Shown here piece after piece: positions 26,501 to 38,640 of a DNA stretch of 53,700 bases (position 1 is its first letter; each line of letters starts with the position of its first letter). A program made the translations under genes and the position numbers. The stretch covers positions 97,813,622-97,867,321 of the forward strand of contig NC_068986.1 in the NCBI RefSeq assembly GCF_001194135.2. Direction: 5' to 3'. The notes under the pieces are model-generated. The model had not been told where the DNA came from. It ran no database searches and was given only the letters and a program-made list of their open reading frames with translations. The stretch is from Octopus bimaculoides. Its lineage: Eukaryota.

Positions 26501-26651
26501 ACTGGCGGTTTATCCACTGCACAAGCACACAGTGGTCCCCGTATCTCGGTTGTCAGTAGTGACATTTTGCAGAGGCGTGGCTGTCCGTCTACGTAGACAG
26601 TTCGTAACCGCCTCGGAAAGAACAGCGACGTTAACGATGATAATAATGATA

Positions 26652-26652
26652 T

Positions 26653-26722
<70 letters not shown>

Positions 26723-26825
26723 GAGTAGTAGTAGCGGGAGCAACAGCGGTAGCAACAGCGGTAGCAACAGCGGTAGCAGCAGTAGCGGCAGCAGCAGTTG
26801 TAGCAGCAGCAGCAGTAGTGGTATC

Positions 26826-26866
<41 letters not shown>

Positions 26867-26868
26867 CT

Positions 26869-26913
<45 letters not shown>

Positions 26914-26930
26914 ATAGTAGTAGTAGTAGT
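26652..26930. repeat. Compound (TAC)n, (agcaacagcggt)x3 and (TAG)n array
   Basis: Direct reading; the orientation flips from TAC to its complement TAG inside the array. Confidence 0.95.
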
Positions 26931-27916
26931 ATCCTTCCTGTCATGATTATCATTGTTTAAAATTCGAGAGATTATTGAGGGATTTTGCGTCTGCGAGAGT
27001 GTGTATGAGTGCGCGTATGTATGTCGATACATATATGTATGATGTATATATGAATGTATGTATGTATGTATGTATGTATGTATGTATGCAAGTGCGTGTG
27101 TTTGGATAGATATGCAAAGTTCAACATACACATATACGAACGCGTACATACTTTAACGCACATACATATACATACATATGATATTGGGAGACAAGGTGTC
27201 CATTTTGAAATGAATTCATTTATAAGATCTAATATAATATCCAAAGTGTCCCGATGATTAATACCGATATTCTAAGAGAAAGATTTATTAACAAAGCTTT
27301 ATAGCAATACATTACAATTGAGACCTATTCAGTCCTGTCTCTGTTTGGCACCATACAGATGAATTTAGATTCAAAGTACATCTAAATATATGATCTCGTC
27401 TTCGTGAGAGCAAACTATTAATGCCTTAATCGCTCCGTTGCCAATCACAATGATGACGAAGTATTAAGATTCGATTGAAAGTCCTCCCCGACAACTTATG
27501 CTAAAGTTTCCTTTATCGACACACGATATAATGTCATGTAAATATATATGTATGTANNNNNNNNNNNNNNNNNNNNNNNNNNNNNNNNNNNNNNNNNNNN
27601 NNNNNNNNNNNNNNNNNNNNNNNNNNNNNNNNNNNNNNNNNNNNNNNNNNNNNNNNNNNNNNNNNNNNNNNNNNNNNNNNNNNNNNNNNNNNNNNNNNNN
27701 NNNNNNNNNNNNNNNNNNNNNNNNNNNNNNNNNNNNNNNNNNNNNNNNNNNNNNNNNNNNNNNNNNNNNNNNNNNNNNNNNNNNNNNNNNNNNNNNNNNN
27801 NNNNNNNNNNNNNNNNNNNNNNNNNNNNNNNNNNNNNNNNNNNNNNNNNNNNNNNNNNNNNNNNNNNNNNNNNNNNNNNNNNNNNNNNNNNNNNNNNNNN
27901 NNNNNNNNNNNNNNNA

Positions 27917-27947
<31 letters not shown>

Positions 27948-28385
27948 GTAATACATATAATATATATATTTATGTGTGTGTGTGTGTGCGTGAGTTTGTG
28001 TAATTCTATAAATGTGTTTGCATGTGTGTATATCTGAATATTTATAGACATGATATATAACGATAATAAATGTATTATATATATATATTTGTGTATATGC
28101 AATATATGATTATATAATTATGTATTTCTATATCTGTCAATCTATACACGTCGATATATACATAGACACACATGGACTCATATATGTGTGCGTGCGTGTG
28201 CGTGCATGTGTGCGCGTAAATACCATACAAGGATTATTGTTGTTATTACTATATATGTATTTAAGTATATACAATCATACGTGCACACACACATATAAAC
28301 GCAACATACATACATGCATAATACATAAATATATATATATATATATATACATACACAGACACACATTTATACATATATATATATC

Positions 28386-28416
<31 letters not shown>

Positions 28417-28472
28417 GCTTGCGTAGTACTCTTCTCTCTCTCTCTCTCTCTCTCTCTCCCTCTCTCTCTCTA

Positions 28473-28503
<31 letters not shown>

Positions 28504-28749
28504 GCTTCCGTCGCCCTCCCTCATTCTGACACAAACAGTCCCACTGTATCCAAGAAATGAAATAATCAAATTATGAAATATCATCGAACATTTCATGTCT
28601 GAATAGAAATCATAATTTGGACAAAGGAAAGAAAATATGCGCCCTGATAACGATCTCCTGTGTTGAAATAATGATGTAGCGATTAACGATACGAGGAAAT
28701 ATAACCACGATAAAACAGATCTGATTCTGATGTTATGTATAAGAAACAT

Positions 28750-29186
28750 GGCGACGACGACGACGACGATGACGACGATCTTGATGATTATGACAATGGC
28801 GATGATGATGGAAAAGATGATGATGATTATGAAGTAGATGATAGTGATGATGATATTGTTGATGCTGCTGCTGATGATGATAATGATAATATTGTTGATG
28901 TTAATGATGACGATGATGGTAATGGTGGTGGTGAACATGATGACGATGGGGCCGATGATGCCGACGCCTAAGAGGCCAACGGAGGCAATGATAAAGATTG
29001 ATGAGGAATATGGTTGTAGGTATTATTAATGATGATGACATCGATGGTAGGAAGACGGCTGAGGAAAATGCCGATGTAAGAGAGAGGACGTGCTGGCGCT
29101 GGTGTTGGTGGTGTTCTGATGTTGATTCTTATGGTGGTAGTAGTGATGATGATTATGATGGTAGTGGTGGCGGCGGTGAGGTTTAT

Positions 29187-29269
<83 letters not shown>

Positions 29270-29270
29270 T
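28750..29270. repeat. (GAT/GAC)-rich low complexity followed by (GA)n
   Basis: Direct reading; explains the poly-Asp and ER-repeat ORFs. Confidence 0.9.
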
Positions 29271-29653
29271 GACAGAATTTATATTACCACGTGACAACAT
29301 AGTAGCAAGAATTTAATCGACTGCTGTATATTATATTCATAGTGAAATACAAACCAGTGAATAAGAGCGAAAATCGTGACTGGCTATATCGGTAATGATA
29401 GTAATTAGTACTGTCATTAGTTGTTCGATAGAGTATGTAAAGGTCTATATCTGGTGTCGATATAATCGACTCTTTTTTCGAGACATATATGTCACATTGT
29501 CCATTTATTGATTTCAAAATCTCACATTGGCCAACTTTGCCGTTTATTCTTTTGTAGTCAGTGAAGTAAAGCACCAGTCAAGTACCAGGACACATTATAT
29601 CACCGAACCGAACGCCGCTTCTGGATAGACTTGTGCCGTAATCAGAAGTGAAC

Positions 29654-29654
<1 letters not shown>

Positions 29655-29684
<30 letters not shown>

Positions 29685-29880
29685 CTTCTTCTTCTTCTTC
29701 TTCTTCTTCTTCTTCTTCTTCTTCTTCTTCTTCTTCTTCTTCTTCTTCTTCTTCTTCTTCTTCTTCTTCTTCTTCTTCTTCTTCTTCTTCTTCTTCTTCT
29801 TCTTTTCCTCCTCCTCCTCCTCCTCCTTCTTATTGTTATAATAATAATAATAATAATAATAATTATTATTATTATTATTA
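29655..29880. repeat. (TTC)n, (TCC)n, (TAA)n and (TTA)n array
   Basis: Direct reading. Confidence 0.95.
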
Positions 29881-29955
29881 AGATCAATAACTTAAGTACC
29901 AGTGAAACACTGGGGTCGACGTAATCGGCTAGTCCCCAAGATTTCAGGCCTCATT
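29881..29955 (+). mobile_element. SINE family A 3' fragment
   Basis: aagtaccagtgaaacactggggtcgacgtaatcg...atttcaggcct. Confidence 0.7.
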
Positions 29956-30712
29956 ATTTTTATTATTATTTTCAGCTGTTTTTCAAGTGATTATAACCCC
30001 CCTGATAATTCTTGCTGTCCCTAAGAGACAAACTTTCTGTAGGAGTTCTGCCGAGCATTCTATTTCAATCTCCTTCGCCTATTTGTCTATATCTTCGCTT
30101 ATACCATTATTATTGTAATTATATGTTTGACTTTTGTTTCGTATTTGTACAAGTTGACTCTAAGTCTTAACCAAAGACCTCAAGATAGAATAAGTTACAT
30201 GTTCAAGATGGTGATATGACTAGGTGTCATATATTTAGTTTTGCACATAGTATTGTTCTAGAGAATGTTTAAGAAAACATAAGAAACTTATCAGTTTGTT
30301 TTAAAATTTAAGATTACATAGATTGTATTTTACCTAGGATATAGGCAGTTCATATGAGCACTATCTTTTGAATTTCTGCCATTTTGGGGTTTCCTGGTAT
30401 CTGAGCTATGTAGGAATCAGCCCCTTTTGCTATCATTCCTAGGGCGCTTATGGCAACAGCTATTGTTTTACTCTTGAGGTTTCACATTTTGCCAATTTCT
30501 ATTTCATGATCTTTATATATGCTGAATTTTTGGTAGATCTTGACAGATACATGTATGTCGATTGGAAAAGTCATATCAATAACGAGGCGTGATGTTTGTC
30601 TGAAGTCTTTCAATATAATGTCTGGCTTATTCGAATCTATCTTTCTGTCAGTTTGAACGGTGGAGTTTCAGAGGAGTGAGATGTGATCATTTTCAAACTC
30701 TGGAGGTCTTGG

Positions 30713-30857
30713 TAGAATTACCTCAGGCACGAGAACCTAGGGTCGGGTTCAAAATTCTTCCAAGACACGTGATGAAGGCTGGTGAGCAAATCAGTCGAAA
30801 CGTTGTGGTAACAACAAAATGACGACACATACGTCCAATGTAAATAATGTAAATAAT
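30713..30857 (+). mobile_element. Inserted Penelope-like or retrozyme-like module with degenerate hammerhead
   Basis: Homologous to 10778-10915; ends aatgtaaataatgtaaataat; opposite orientation to the host LINE. Confidence 0.7.
30765..30808 (+). ncRNA. Minimal type I hammerhead motif, C3>G core lesion
   Basis: ACAC-GUGAUGA-A-GGCUG-gugagcaaau-CAGUC-GAAA-CG-UU-GUG; stem II retained with one G-U pair. Confidence 0.65.
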
Positions 30858-31924
30858 TAACATGATCAATGGTTTCATTTTGTTGTTTACATACACGACA
30901 TGTTGGGCTACTGCCGTTCTTTAAGATGTTGGCCTGGTAGCTCCTTGTAGGCACGCATTGATCTTGGGTTGTTATGGTAAACCCTTCTGTCTCTGATTTT
31001 AAGTCAGAAGACACTAACCATTAATGTATAAGGGCTTTGTTAACATATATTTGCTATCATCTGTTAGCAATTGCATCATCGGTAACGCTCACTAATGAAT
31101 TCAGTGACGAGGTAGTAGAAAAACATCATACTGCTACTAGCTTTCCTACGTTAATTCTCTTTTTATGCTCGGTTACTGTCTCACTAAAGACTTTTATTTG
31201 CATTTTCTCACACAAGACTTTTATCTTCATTTTCCCACATTCAGTGTCGTGGTCTGATAAATTCTTCCCAATCATTGTCGCTGTCAAATATATTTCATAG
31301 CTTCTTTCTGAGTTGATATAATCGCAGATTCAGTTTTTTTTTCTGTTTAGGTTCCCATATCTTAGTTACAACCATCGTCCTTCACATGCGAGGTACTCAG
31401 GTTGTTGCATGGATTATATTGCAGTTCTTTCTTCTCGGTTATTTCTCCGGTCATTTTTCTATGCTTGAAATTTCTCAATTTCAGTGAGCTTTTCCGGAGA
31501 AAACGAGTATAGTAGTTTGCGATTGTGCATAACTTAGATTTTCAAGTACTAAATAGTATTACTGATGGGGATTTTGCGTCAGAAAAAAAAACAACTCTCC
31601 TCTTCTTTGTAAATAGAACCTATCAGTATTAATTTAATGTAGTGTGCGTTTTACAATAGGAAGATACTGCAAAAATCAATAATGCAGTACATTATCGTAT
31701 GCTTCGCTGTAATTTAGTTAACAAACAGCTCAGTTCATCTTTCGTATTATACTAGTCTGTCCATATATAATCGATTATCAGTTCTCCCTGATTTTTTCTG
31801 CGGCTTTTTTTACGTTGCTGTTCATGTGTTTTCCTACGACCCGATGTTATAAGTTTCATCTTCTATGACATTAGATGACATTTTCCAGAGCATTAGTATG
31901 CTTAGAATAGATTTATGATAACTG

Positions 31925-32050
31925 ATTTAGTGGCATTTCGCCCGTCTTTACATTCTGTGTTCAAATTCTGACGAGGTTAACTTTGCCCTTCATCATTTTG
32001 CAGTCAATAAAATAAGTTCCAATTGAGTTCTGTGGACGATGAAATCACCC
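31925..32050 (+). mobile_element. SINE family A central fragment
   Basis: tttagtggcatttcgcccgtc...ttctgtgttcaaattctgacgaggttaactttgcccttcatc. Confidence 0.7.
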
Positions 32051-32326
32051 CTGCCCCTACTCCGAACCAGCTGGTCTTGTGCCAAACTTTGAAGCCATTA
32101 TTATAGACTTCTGCATTTTCTTTATCCCTCTGAATTGTTACGGTCCATTCTCTGTCATCTATTCTGGTATTCTGGCATTCTATTTTCTGTACAATTGGTA
32201 AAAGAAGGTAACAATAAATTTTCACTTCTGTAATATACATTGACAGAATTTTACATTTCATTCAACCCATTTTCCCCTCCACTCGTCATTATTTTTCTGT
32301 TTCTTCGTCTTATCATCCTCATACTT

Positions 32327-32463
<137 letters not shown>

Positions 32464-33013
32464 GAGTGAGAGAGCATTGCATGCCATCAAAATAGTGCTG
32501 GGGTAAAATATACGAAGCCCAGTATAACCAGTATGACTACCCGTGTGATAAGGGTACACCAGGCACATGCATCACAACCATATGAGCGTGACACAGTGGT
32601 CTTATATCAAGATTAACAGCACATGACTTTGCAGATGGGGCCCAGTTAGAATTCTCTTGAGGGCAAGTAACCCGTCCCGCTCAAAGGGTCCCTGAATAAA
32701 GGTTGTTTAACGATGTTGAACGAAACACCCATGTTTCGGAAGGTGAATTATCCCAAAGAATTCCTCTCAATACATTGCTACAATGCTCCCCCACTACTTC
32801 TGCTCGTGATCAGAGATGTACATATCATCAGCCATTGAGAGACATGCTCAAATGGTTAAGGTCAAACAAGTGACAAGCAAATATGTGGTATTGAGCAGAA
32901 TATTTGCTGTAGCCCATCATTTATACCAAGGCAAATCAATGTACATGATAACACTTCCAATCAGTTAAGATCAGAAGTTATGAGAGCCACTGCTTGGGAC
33001 TGCATCGGGGCAT
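32464..33013. mobile_element. Unclassified 550-bp non-coding interspersed element (family C) inserted in (TTA)n
   Basis: Sharp-edged, higher-GC, non-coding block bounded on both sides by (TTA)n. I recall it as a recurrent octopus repeat; not verified. Confidence 0.6.
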
Positions 33014-33019
33014 TATTAC

Positions 33020-33050
<31 letters not shown>

Positions 33051-33133
33051 TTATGTTTGACTTTTGCTTTGCATTTGTACAAGTTGAATCCAAGTCTCAC
33101 NNNNNNNNNNTTATTATTATTATTATTATTATT

Positions 33134-33795
33134 TTATGTTTGACTTTTGCTTTGCATTTGTACAAGTTGAATCCAAGTCTCACCCAGAGACCTCAAGAGA
33201 CAAGTTAGAAATTCATTATTATTATTATCATTATTGTTCAGTAGTTTTATTTTTATAACGTGCTTTCACTTCACTACCGAGCGCAGCTCTGTGCGACTTG
33301 GGTATGTGCTGTGGTTTGCTGTGGTGCTCTTATGTTTACTGTATTGAAAGTGTTTTGCGTAGAATGTGTGCAGTACCCAGTAGTGCAATTTTCTGTATGT
33401 TATATATATTTGTAAGTCCTGGTGTTTTTGTTATGTATTTGTCTGAATTTTTTTTATTATACCTAAGGCACCTACTATGATAGGAATTGTTTCTGTTTTT
33501 AGATTCCACATTCGAGTGATCTCTATTTCCAGGTCTTTGTATTTTGAAAGTTTTTCCATTTCTTTTAGAGAAACGTTGTCATCTGCTCTTATTGATACAT
33601 CAATTAGAAAGCATTTTTTTTCTTCATGATCTTTGACAACTATATCTGGTCTATTTGCTTTAATTTGTCCATCTGTGTGTATTGGCATATCCCAGAGTAT
33701 GGTTGCTTTCTCGTTTTCTGTGACCTTTTCTGGCGTGTGTTTATACCATCTTTTTTCTCTTGTTATTCCATAGTGTTGGCATAGCTTCCAGTGTA

Positions 33796-33798
<3 letters not shown>
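33134..33798 (-). mobile_element. R4/Dong-clade LINE, 5'-truncated, relatively young
   Basis: YIHWKLC..YG....WYKHTPEKVTENEKATILWDMPIHTD..IKANRPDIVVKD..EKKCFLIDVSI..D..V.LKE.EKLSKYKDLEIEI..MW.LKTETIPIIVGALG...IQKIALLGTAHILRKTLS*; (AAT)n on both sides. Confidence 0.93.
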
Positions 33799-33843
<45 letters not shown>

Positions 33844-33987
33844 CATTATTATTATTGTTACTATTATTATTATTATTATTATTATTATTGTTGTTGTTGT
33901 TGTTGTTGTTGTTCTTGTTGTTAATATTATTATTATTATTGTTGTTGTTATTATTATTGTTATCATTATTGTTATTATTATCATTAC

Positions 33988-34023
<36 letters not shown>

Positions 34024-34082
34024 CATAATTATTATTATCGTTATTATTGTTATTATTATTATCATTATCATCATTATTATTA

Positions 34083-34134
<52 letters not shown>

Positions 34135-34165
34135 TATTATTACTATTATTATTATTATCATTCAG
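33799..34165. repeat. Imperfect (TTA/TTG/TCA)n array
   Basis: Direct reading. Confidence 0.95.
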
Positions 34166-35705
34166 TAATCATCTCGTTCTTACAGTGCATTGTTTGTCCC
34201 AACAAAAGCGGTTGTATTTGCCCCGGGGAGATATTAATTATGGGTTTGTATTTCTTATTGTATTGAAATTACTCTTTATATATGTGGATGGCAGTGATCT
34301 TTTCTCTTGTTCAATGTTTTCAAAGAATGGCCGAGTCAACTTCGTTATAAACGTTTTTTTTTTATTATTATTTATTTTTTTATCCTGCTGTTCTGCAACC
34401 CCATTCTAATGTTACAGTTTAAGTTTTTCACAATAACTGTTCTTATTTATCGTAATTGTTTGTTGTATTCCTTGAAGGCAGAAAGTAAATTTTGTATTTT
34501 TTTACGTGGTTTCTCACTCTCTTATTGAATTTCTATCACTCTTTATTTAGAATTTAAAAAACAAATTAGTCTAGATATTTTATATTTATTTTATACAACT
34601 CTAGTTGTAGAAATCTGTTTTTTTTTAATTCCTGGTAAACATAGTATTTCTATGTCAGATTTTGAATTGGGTATTTAAATGCAAGCATTATTTTTCGTGA
34701 TTTTCTACCTGATCCATTAACAGCATACTCGAGCATATTATATATATAACGTTTTCCCAAAACAATTTGCGTATTGCTGTCTTTAACTTATGTTTCCTAT
34801 TTGGCTCTGCTTTCAAAATTAAGCTATAATATCATTATCTTTCATTTATTCGTATTTTAACATTCTTGGCAAAAGTTTCTTATATGTGTGTCTGTAGCTA
34901 ATGACGTAAGGGTTTGTAATTAATTTTGCTCACTCGGAGTTTAATTTGTCACATTTTACTAAGTACAAAAGCTATGAGTGACTATGTTTTCAGTAGTTCA
35001 TCATCGGTTGATCGTCCTTCGATAGTGTCTTCGTCTGAGTCCAGTGTAGTTAAACATATTGCATGACTGTGTGTATTAGCATCAGGCAAACACATATTGC
35101 ATTAAAAGTGTTAGCATCAGGCAGAGAAAAAAATATTGCAGGGATCACACACGGGATATCTCCAACAGACATGAAATTAATTTGCATAATTTATTCAATT
35201 CAGTATACAGTAATATTCGTCGGTTACTCGAGACGTATATAATGTTTCTGCCTGTCGCTGTTTTTAACTTACATATGACTACTATTTCCGTCATCAATGT
35301 GTTGTAGTCACTGTTAGTTCATTTACAATATGCATATATATATATATATATATANNNNNNNNNNNNNNNNNNNNNNNNNNNNNNNNNNNNNNNNNNNNNN
35401 NNNNNNNNNNNNNNNNNNNNNNNNNNNNNNNNNNNNNNNNNNNNNNNNNNNNNNNNNNNNNNNNNNNNNNNNNNNNNNNNNNNNNNNNNNNNNNNNNNNN
35501 NNNNNNNNNNNNNNNNNNNNNNNNNNNNNNNNNNNNNNNNNNNNNNNNNNNNNNNNNNNNNNNNNNNNNNNNNNNNNNNNNNNNNNNNNNNNNNNNNNNN
35601 NNNNNNNNNNNNNNNNNNNNNNNNNNNNNNNNNNNNNNNNNNNNNNNNNNNNNNNNNNNNNNNNNNNNNNNNNNNNNNNNNNNNNNNNNNNNNNNNNNNN
35701 NNNNN

Positions 35706-35773
<68 letters not shown>

Positions 35774-36189
35774 CAGATTGTATAAGAAGGAATAAGTGTC
35801 TCCTTGTTGCTGTAATTCTTGCCTTAATCGTTGCCTTAAATGGAAAAATTATTACACAGACGTAGCTTAGTTTTTGAAAGGAGCTGGAAGAATATAACGG
35901 GGATCCAGCATAAGCAGCTAAACATAGAGCGCATGCACACGGTCCTAATACCATCAGAAAACATGACTTTGCATAAAAGGTTTGAGAGATAATCGAGAAA
36001 AACACCGGGCAATTAATCAGATCTTTTGAGAAGACCTCAAAGTTTCAGAATGAACCATCAGAAGAGTTGTACTTGAGGATATTCTGTAGTTGTTAGTATG
36101 TTATATGGAGAGTTTATGTCGTATGTGACACGACAGAATGTTACGATCCGTGCAAAGCGCTGGCTAAACAAGCTAAAACACCAAGAGGC

Positions 36190-36700
36190 TAGAATGCCTT
36201 GGTTTTACTCCGATGAGTTAAACGTTGATCAGAACCTGAAGGCAAATTCGTATGCTAAGATGTGAATGACATTCTAACGGTCATACATACTTAAGACAGT
36301 GATCACTCTGGGAGTTGACAGCAACGAAGGAGATGTCATGATTCCACGCTGTTTTCACGTGGCTTAAATATCAAGGCCACTGTCTACAAAGAGTTGTTGG
36401 AGCGAGTTGTGAGGCTCTGGATAGGCTCTGAGTACGCAACGAAAGACTGTGTGCCGTGTAGTAAATCTAGATCAGCCCAGGTGTTGATGTGTGCCAATCC
36501 CTATGATCATGTTATTCTAGACACATGGTCTTCTCGCTCTCTGGACCTCAACCCACTGAACTATTATGTATGGAATGTAGTCGAAAGAAAGAGAGCGAGA
36601 GAGAGAGAAAGAGAGAGAGAGAAAGAGAGAGAGAAAGGTCAATCAACATCTCCATAACACCAAGCGAATTCTCAAAACGCCATAACCGGCACAATGTTCA
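36190..36700 (+). mobile_element. Tc1/mariner DD37D (maT-type) transposase remnant
   Basis: WFYSDE (first D, 36212), V.SNEGDVM, second D at 36445, and third position (D>N in LDLNPLNYYVW) at 36559, giving 37-residue spacing; (GA)n expansion after VERK. Confidence 0.88.
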
Positions 36701-37299
36701 AAATGAATGATGATCATCTCAACGTTTCTGACCCCATATTGAAGCAGCCATTGACAATGGCGGTGGATATATTGAATACGTGTGACAAAATGATCGCTAT
36801 CATTATGTGTACTATTTTGGTTTCAACTACAGCTTTATTTTCATCAGCTATGTGTCCTTTTCTAAATTCATATCAATGTTATAAAAAAAAACTGACGCAC
36901 TCTGTATATACACACACAACACACACACATACACACCACGTATATGTATGTATATATATATATATNNNNNNNNNNNNNNNNNNNNNNNNNNNNNNNNNNN
37001 NNNNNNNNNNNNNNNNNNNNNNNNNNNNNNNNNNNNNNNNNNNNNNNNNNNNNNNNNNNNNNNNNNNNNNNNNNNNNNNNNNNNNNNNNNNNNNNNNNNN
37101 NNNNNAATTCAATAATGAAAGACGTTATTCCCACCATCCAGAAAAATAAATATACTATAAAAACCTTATTCTAAAAATCAATAACGTACATAAACAATAT
37201 ATAGTAAATATTAAATAGACTACGCGCGTTTCGTGGCTATATTTTCAAATAGATAACAATAGGAAAATCAATTCAATTCAAAATTAATTCTATTGAAAA

Positions 37300-37361
<62 letters not shown>

Positions 37362-37661
37362 TTTTTGAATGGATCAGCTATATGCATGCTGTATATTTGA
37401 GAAATGTTACGTGAGAATTTGGTGAACTTGTTGATCCTTGGTCTGTATCGTTTGATTGCGCAGCGTTCAGGATATCAAGAAGACCGCGTCATGCACGTAT
37501 TTGCATATTTCGTACACAAAATACAGGTTATATCTCATTTTCTCACTTCACTCATTCTTCTAATTTTTTATGCAATCTCCCCACACAAACTCTAAACTGT
37601 CATTCTAAAATGTCACTTCATAGATGCGCCTGCGTCAAACAGAACTTCCGCGACCTTAACA

Positions 37662-37753
37662 TTCTTCTTCTTCTTCTTCTTCTTCTTCTTCTTCTTCTTC
37701 TTCTTCTTCTTCTTCTTCTTCTTCTTCTTCTTCTTCTTCTTCTTCTTCTTCTT
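37662..37753. repeat. (TTC)n microsatellite
   Basis: Direct reading. Confidence 0.95.
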
Positions 37754-38039
37754 GTAGTTATTACACCCTTATATATGAGCTGTTCCAAGTCCCAGCACCT
37801 CAAGTTACAGCAGGATGAACGCCTTATTCAGGTTATTTATGAGTAGCAATGATTTATTTCTGGAAAAGGAGACCAAATTCTGAAACATTAGATTTCACTA
37901 AAATTTTGTTACACTATTTGCGATTTTTAAAAAAGAAAATATAAGATTTAAACATTCACAGATTGATAGCTTTCCTTAGGATGTAGGCTATACCCATGAG
38001 AACATTTTTTTCTAGTTTTGATAGTTTTGGGCTTCTTCG

Positions 38040-38404
<365 letters not shown>

Positions 38405-38640
38405 GCCACGAAAGAGCTTGATTGAAGAGGATTAATTTTCATTCCTTTCCCATGCAAAGCAAAATCAATAGACATATTTTTTAGAAATCTTTTCACTACA
38501 TTTCAAGTATTTTCGAATAATATTTGCTGAAACTATGAAATTTCTCCTTCCTATTTGGTTTCACCTTTAAAATATACTTCCAAGTATTTTACTACGATTG
38601 CATATAAATAGGTGACGCTTCTACGTTGTACCTCGCCTTA

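Larger units (their letters stand above)
30122..31510 (-). mobile_element. R4/Dong-clade LINE 3' portion (post-RT, zinc knuckle, RLE), interrupted at 30713-30857
   Basis: WL.SSDLKSETEGF....QDQ..PTRSYQA.I, CRVC....ETIDHV, QTDRKI..NKPDIILKD...IDM, KF..YKD.EIEI, ALGMI; its 3' terminal ~60 nt are shared with 33134-33200. Confidence 0.9.

Noticed and set aside
33051-33183. Apparent tandem duplication of the R4/Dong 3' end
   Set aside because: Identical 50 nt on either side of a 10-N gap; most likely an unmerged contig overlap.
35055-35140. CRISPR-like repeat-spacer pattern
   Set aside because: Only about 2.5 short degenerate units, eukaryotic context and no cas genes.
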